A stretch of 63,975 bases of DNA, counting the filler, from Klebsormidium nitens (lineage: Eukaryota > Plantae > Klebsormidiophyceae), in the NCBI GenBank assembly GCA_000708835.1. It is 6 parts of 6 records of this genome, joined end to end, with 100 filler letters (N's around TTAATTAATTAA, not from the genome) between each part and the next. Parts side by side here need not be neighbours in the genome. Positions count along the whole stretch, not along the records: positions 55,739 to 62,253 come from DF237610.1; positions 62,354 to 63,975 come from DF237315.1; 4 more parts are not named here. One strand, written 5' to 3'. The position numbers and the translations under genes were made by a program. Every line of letters begins with the position of its first letter. Positions within the stretch are counted from its first letter, which is position 1. The notes beneath the pieces were generated by a model. That model did no database searches. It saw only the letters and a list, made by a program, of their open reading frames with translations, and was not told where the DNA came from. Below are positions 61,929-63,975 of the stretch, piece by piece.

Positions 61929-62253
61929 TACCGTACTACCAAGGTATGATTCCGAATAAATAAATAATTATCTGCATTCGGAAAGTCGGAAATTGCAAAT
62001 AAGCAGTCGGAATCTGCTTTTTCGGAAAGGAAAAATAATTGTTAAATCCTGTTTAAAAGTATTATCAAAGCCCATATGAACCCAAGGTACGTACCGGCAC
62101 CCTTGAAAAGCCAGAAAACCAGGGTACCTGGGTACCTTTGAGCTCATTCGGATTTAGGGTCGGATTCTGAAAAATAATACAACATTTGGGCTCGCATTCC
62201 GTAAAATAATTGCATATTTTGAGCATTCGGAATCATACCTTGGTAGTACGGTA
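61929..62253. mobile_element. Tc1/mariner-type MITE (TA target site, TIR CCGTACTACCAAGGTATGATTCCGAAT)
   Basis: 61929-61957 and 62225-62253 are exact 29-bp reverse complements including the terminal TA. The interior has many ATTCGGA/TCGGAA subrepeats. The element ends at an assembly gap. Confidence 0.85.
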
Positions 62254-62585
62254 NNNNNNNNNNNNNNNNNNNNNNNNNNNNNNNNNNNNNNNNNNNNTTA
62301 ATTAATTAANNNNNNNNNNNNNNNNNNNNNNNNNNNNNNNNNNNNNNNNNNNNTCTATTTGCCTCTCGCCTGTTGCCCTTGCAATTGAGCTAATGACGTG
62401 GGTGCCACAAGTTTCTCTCTAGATATTTTCAGGGAGACTGCTGGCTTCAAAAAAGAGTTGAACGCATTGCTGAGATGATAAGTCTTTTCTTCTCTTGACC
62501 CCTGCCAGCTCAGGTCTGCTTGCGTCCTTGGGCCACACATCAAACACACACACAGGGTCCACAAATTTGTCTTCGAATTTTGCAG

Positions 62586-63723
62586 GGAGGAGCAACGATG
62601 ACGACTGGGATGACAGCGTGGATGAGGAAGTCAGCAAAATCCTGGAGCGTGCCTTTGTGTCCCCGGAGAAGAACGGGCAGCCGAAGCTTGATCTGAGGCC
62701 CCCACCCCCGAGCAACCCCGTTGCGAGGAGAGATGTTTCCGTCGTGTACTATGGCAACACACCCAGCCTGCTGCTCACGAATCTTCCCGAACGCAACGAG
62801 CGTGGCCTTACGAACGCACAGACGTTGCTGGCGCAGAATAAGCAGCTGCATGCATCCAAGGGTGTCCAGGGCCAGGTGCAGACCCGCGCGACTGCGCTCA
62901 TCGCGCCTTCAGGAGGCGGGAAGTCCCGCACGGCGCTCGAGGCATCCTGCCACGAGTACAGCTTTTACCTGAGCTTCTCCACAGAGAAGGAGCCCGGCGC
63001 GAACATCCTCCGGGAGGCAATCGATTGGCTGAGGGAGAGACATAGAGATGAGTACGCGAGAGTTCGGGGTGACGCAGAGCGTCTGAAAGATTTCCGCGAG
63101 AACATGCTGCTCGACATGGAGAAGTTCATCACGCGCATCCTGCTGACGTTCGCATTGGGCCTGCGCAAGTACCTGAGCCAGCATGGAAGCCATGCCAGCC
63201 CGAAGGGCTTTCTCCTGTTCCAGCTCATCGGCGTCAGTGCACAGGAGGTGAGGGCTGCTTGTACTTCGGGAAATTAGCTTCTTGGGACAGGGGTGCAGAC
63301 TCCGTCAAATGCTAGTTCCTTTGCTCCCGTGGTAGCTTCTGAAGGACGACCTTGCTTTCGCACTCCCTCCATTCTGCAGTCTGCACAGTTGCATCTCGTT
63401 GCCATCACCGCTTTTTCTGCTGCTCCCAAGTCGCTCATGGCCTTTGTTGTGGTTCCAGGACTGGGTGGAGGAGACCTGGCGCTGCCTGCTGGGCCTGTCA
63501 CGGGAGGCGGTGAAGCTGAAGCTGCAAGCGGTGGTGGAAGAGCTGCGAAGGTGGACCAATCAGGACTTCTTCAACACCTTCCTGGATGAGGCGCAAGCCG
63601 GGATGCGGATTATGGACGGGTACTTCCCGAGCCGTGACGGGACGGGGGGGCGCCCGCTGCTGAACGGCTGGGTTCGAAGCCTGCACAAGAGCGTCTTTGT
63701 GCACTTCCACTTCAACCTGACAG
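62586..63723 (+). CDS. Partial P-loop NTPase resembling Crinkler-like (CR-NTPase) proteins; both ends incomplete
   Basis: Exons 62586-63247 and 63459-63723. Walker A ALIAPSGGGKSRTALE followed by YSFYLS; PKGFLLFQ; Walker B FLDEAQ followed by YFPSRDG..GRPLL; strand HFNLTG. Confidence 0.7.
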
Positions 63724-63975
63724 GTACGTCTTGGAAGGGCCAGTCAGCCCCCACGGCAGGTTGACGGTCTTGACATCCTTTTGCTCGATACCACTCAGCG
63801 CATATCAGCCCTCTGCCTGCAGCACCGCAATTCTCAGACCCTGCCATTTGTCTCTAAAGTCAGTCTTTTCATGCAGGCCGTCCAGCAGTCACTGATCTGG
63901 CCCCTCTTGCTTGAGTGCAACTCGCATTCTCCCGGAGTTTGTCGGAGTAATGGGTGCCTTGGTTCGTGCAGGTAC

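Overview
Intron-rich eukaryotic nuclear DNA, not prokaryotic. The plant-type NDB, SEP1 and NAR1 genes and short GC-rich exons point to a streptophyte green alga, probably Klebsormidium (inference). Most ORF-track entries are spurious, so I rebuilt gene models by hand from splice sites and exon phase. Genes in order: (+) FAD-dependent monooxygenase, 8 exons, one GC-AG intron (819-7230); (-) small unknown membrane protein (9506 to about 11541); (+) BTB/POZ protein (13739-16663); (-) possible secreted protein next to a gap; (-) very large coiled-coil protein with a C-terminal p25alpha/TPPP-like domain (about 18600-29601); (+) bacterial-type polyphosphate kinase 1 with a probable plastid transit peptide and many altered active-site motifs (30135-36518); (-) SEP1; (+) EF-hand type II NAD(P)H dehydrogenase NDB, 14 exons; (+) NAR1 Fe-S assembly factor; (+) partial Crinkler-like P-loop NTPase at the right end. 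Mobile DNA: a hAT-type MITE with an 8-bp target-site duplication (TSD), a cluster of inverted-repeat elements at 61.1-62.3 kb, and a possible decayed transposase. Five 100-bp N gaps carry an artificial TTAATTAATTAA spacer, and a sixth gap is plain N. The most striking unexplained pattern is that introns in at least five genes hold decayed copies ('echoes') of the neighbouring exon-intron junction. Acceptor-side copies lie upstream of the real exon and donor-side copies lie downstream.
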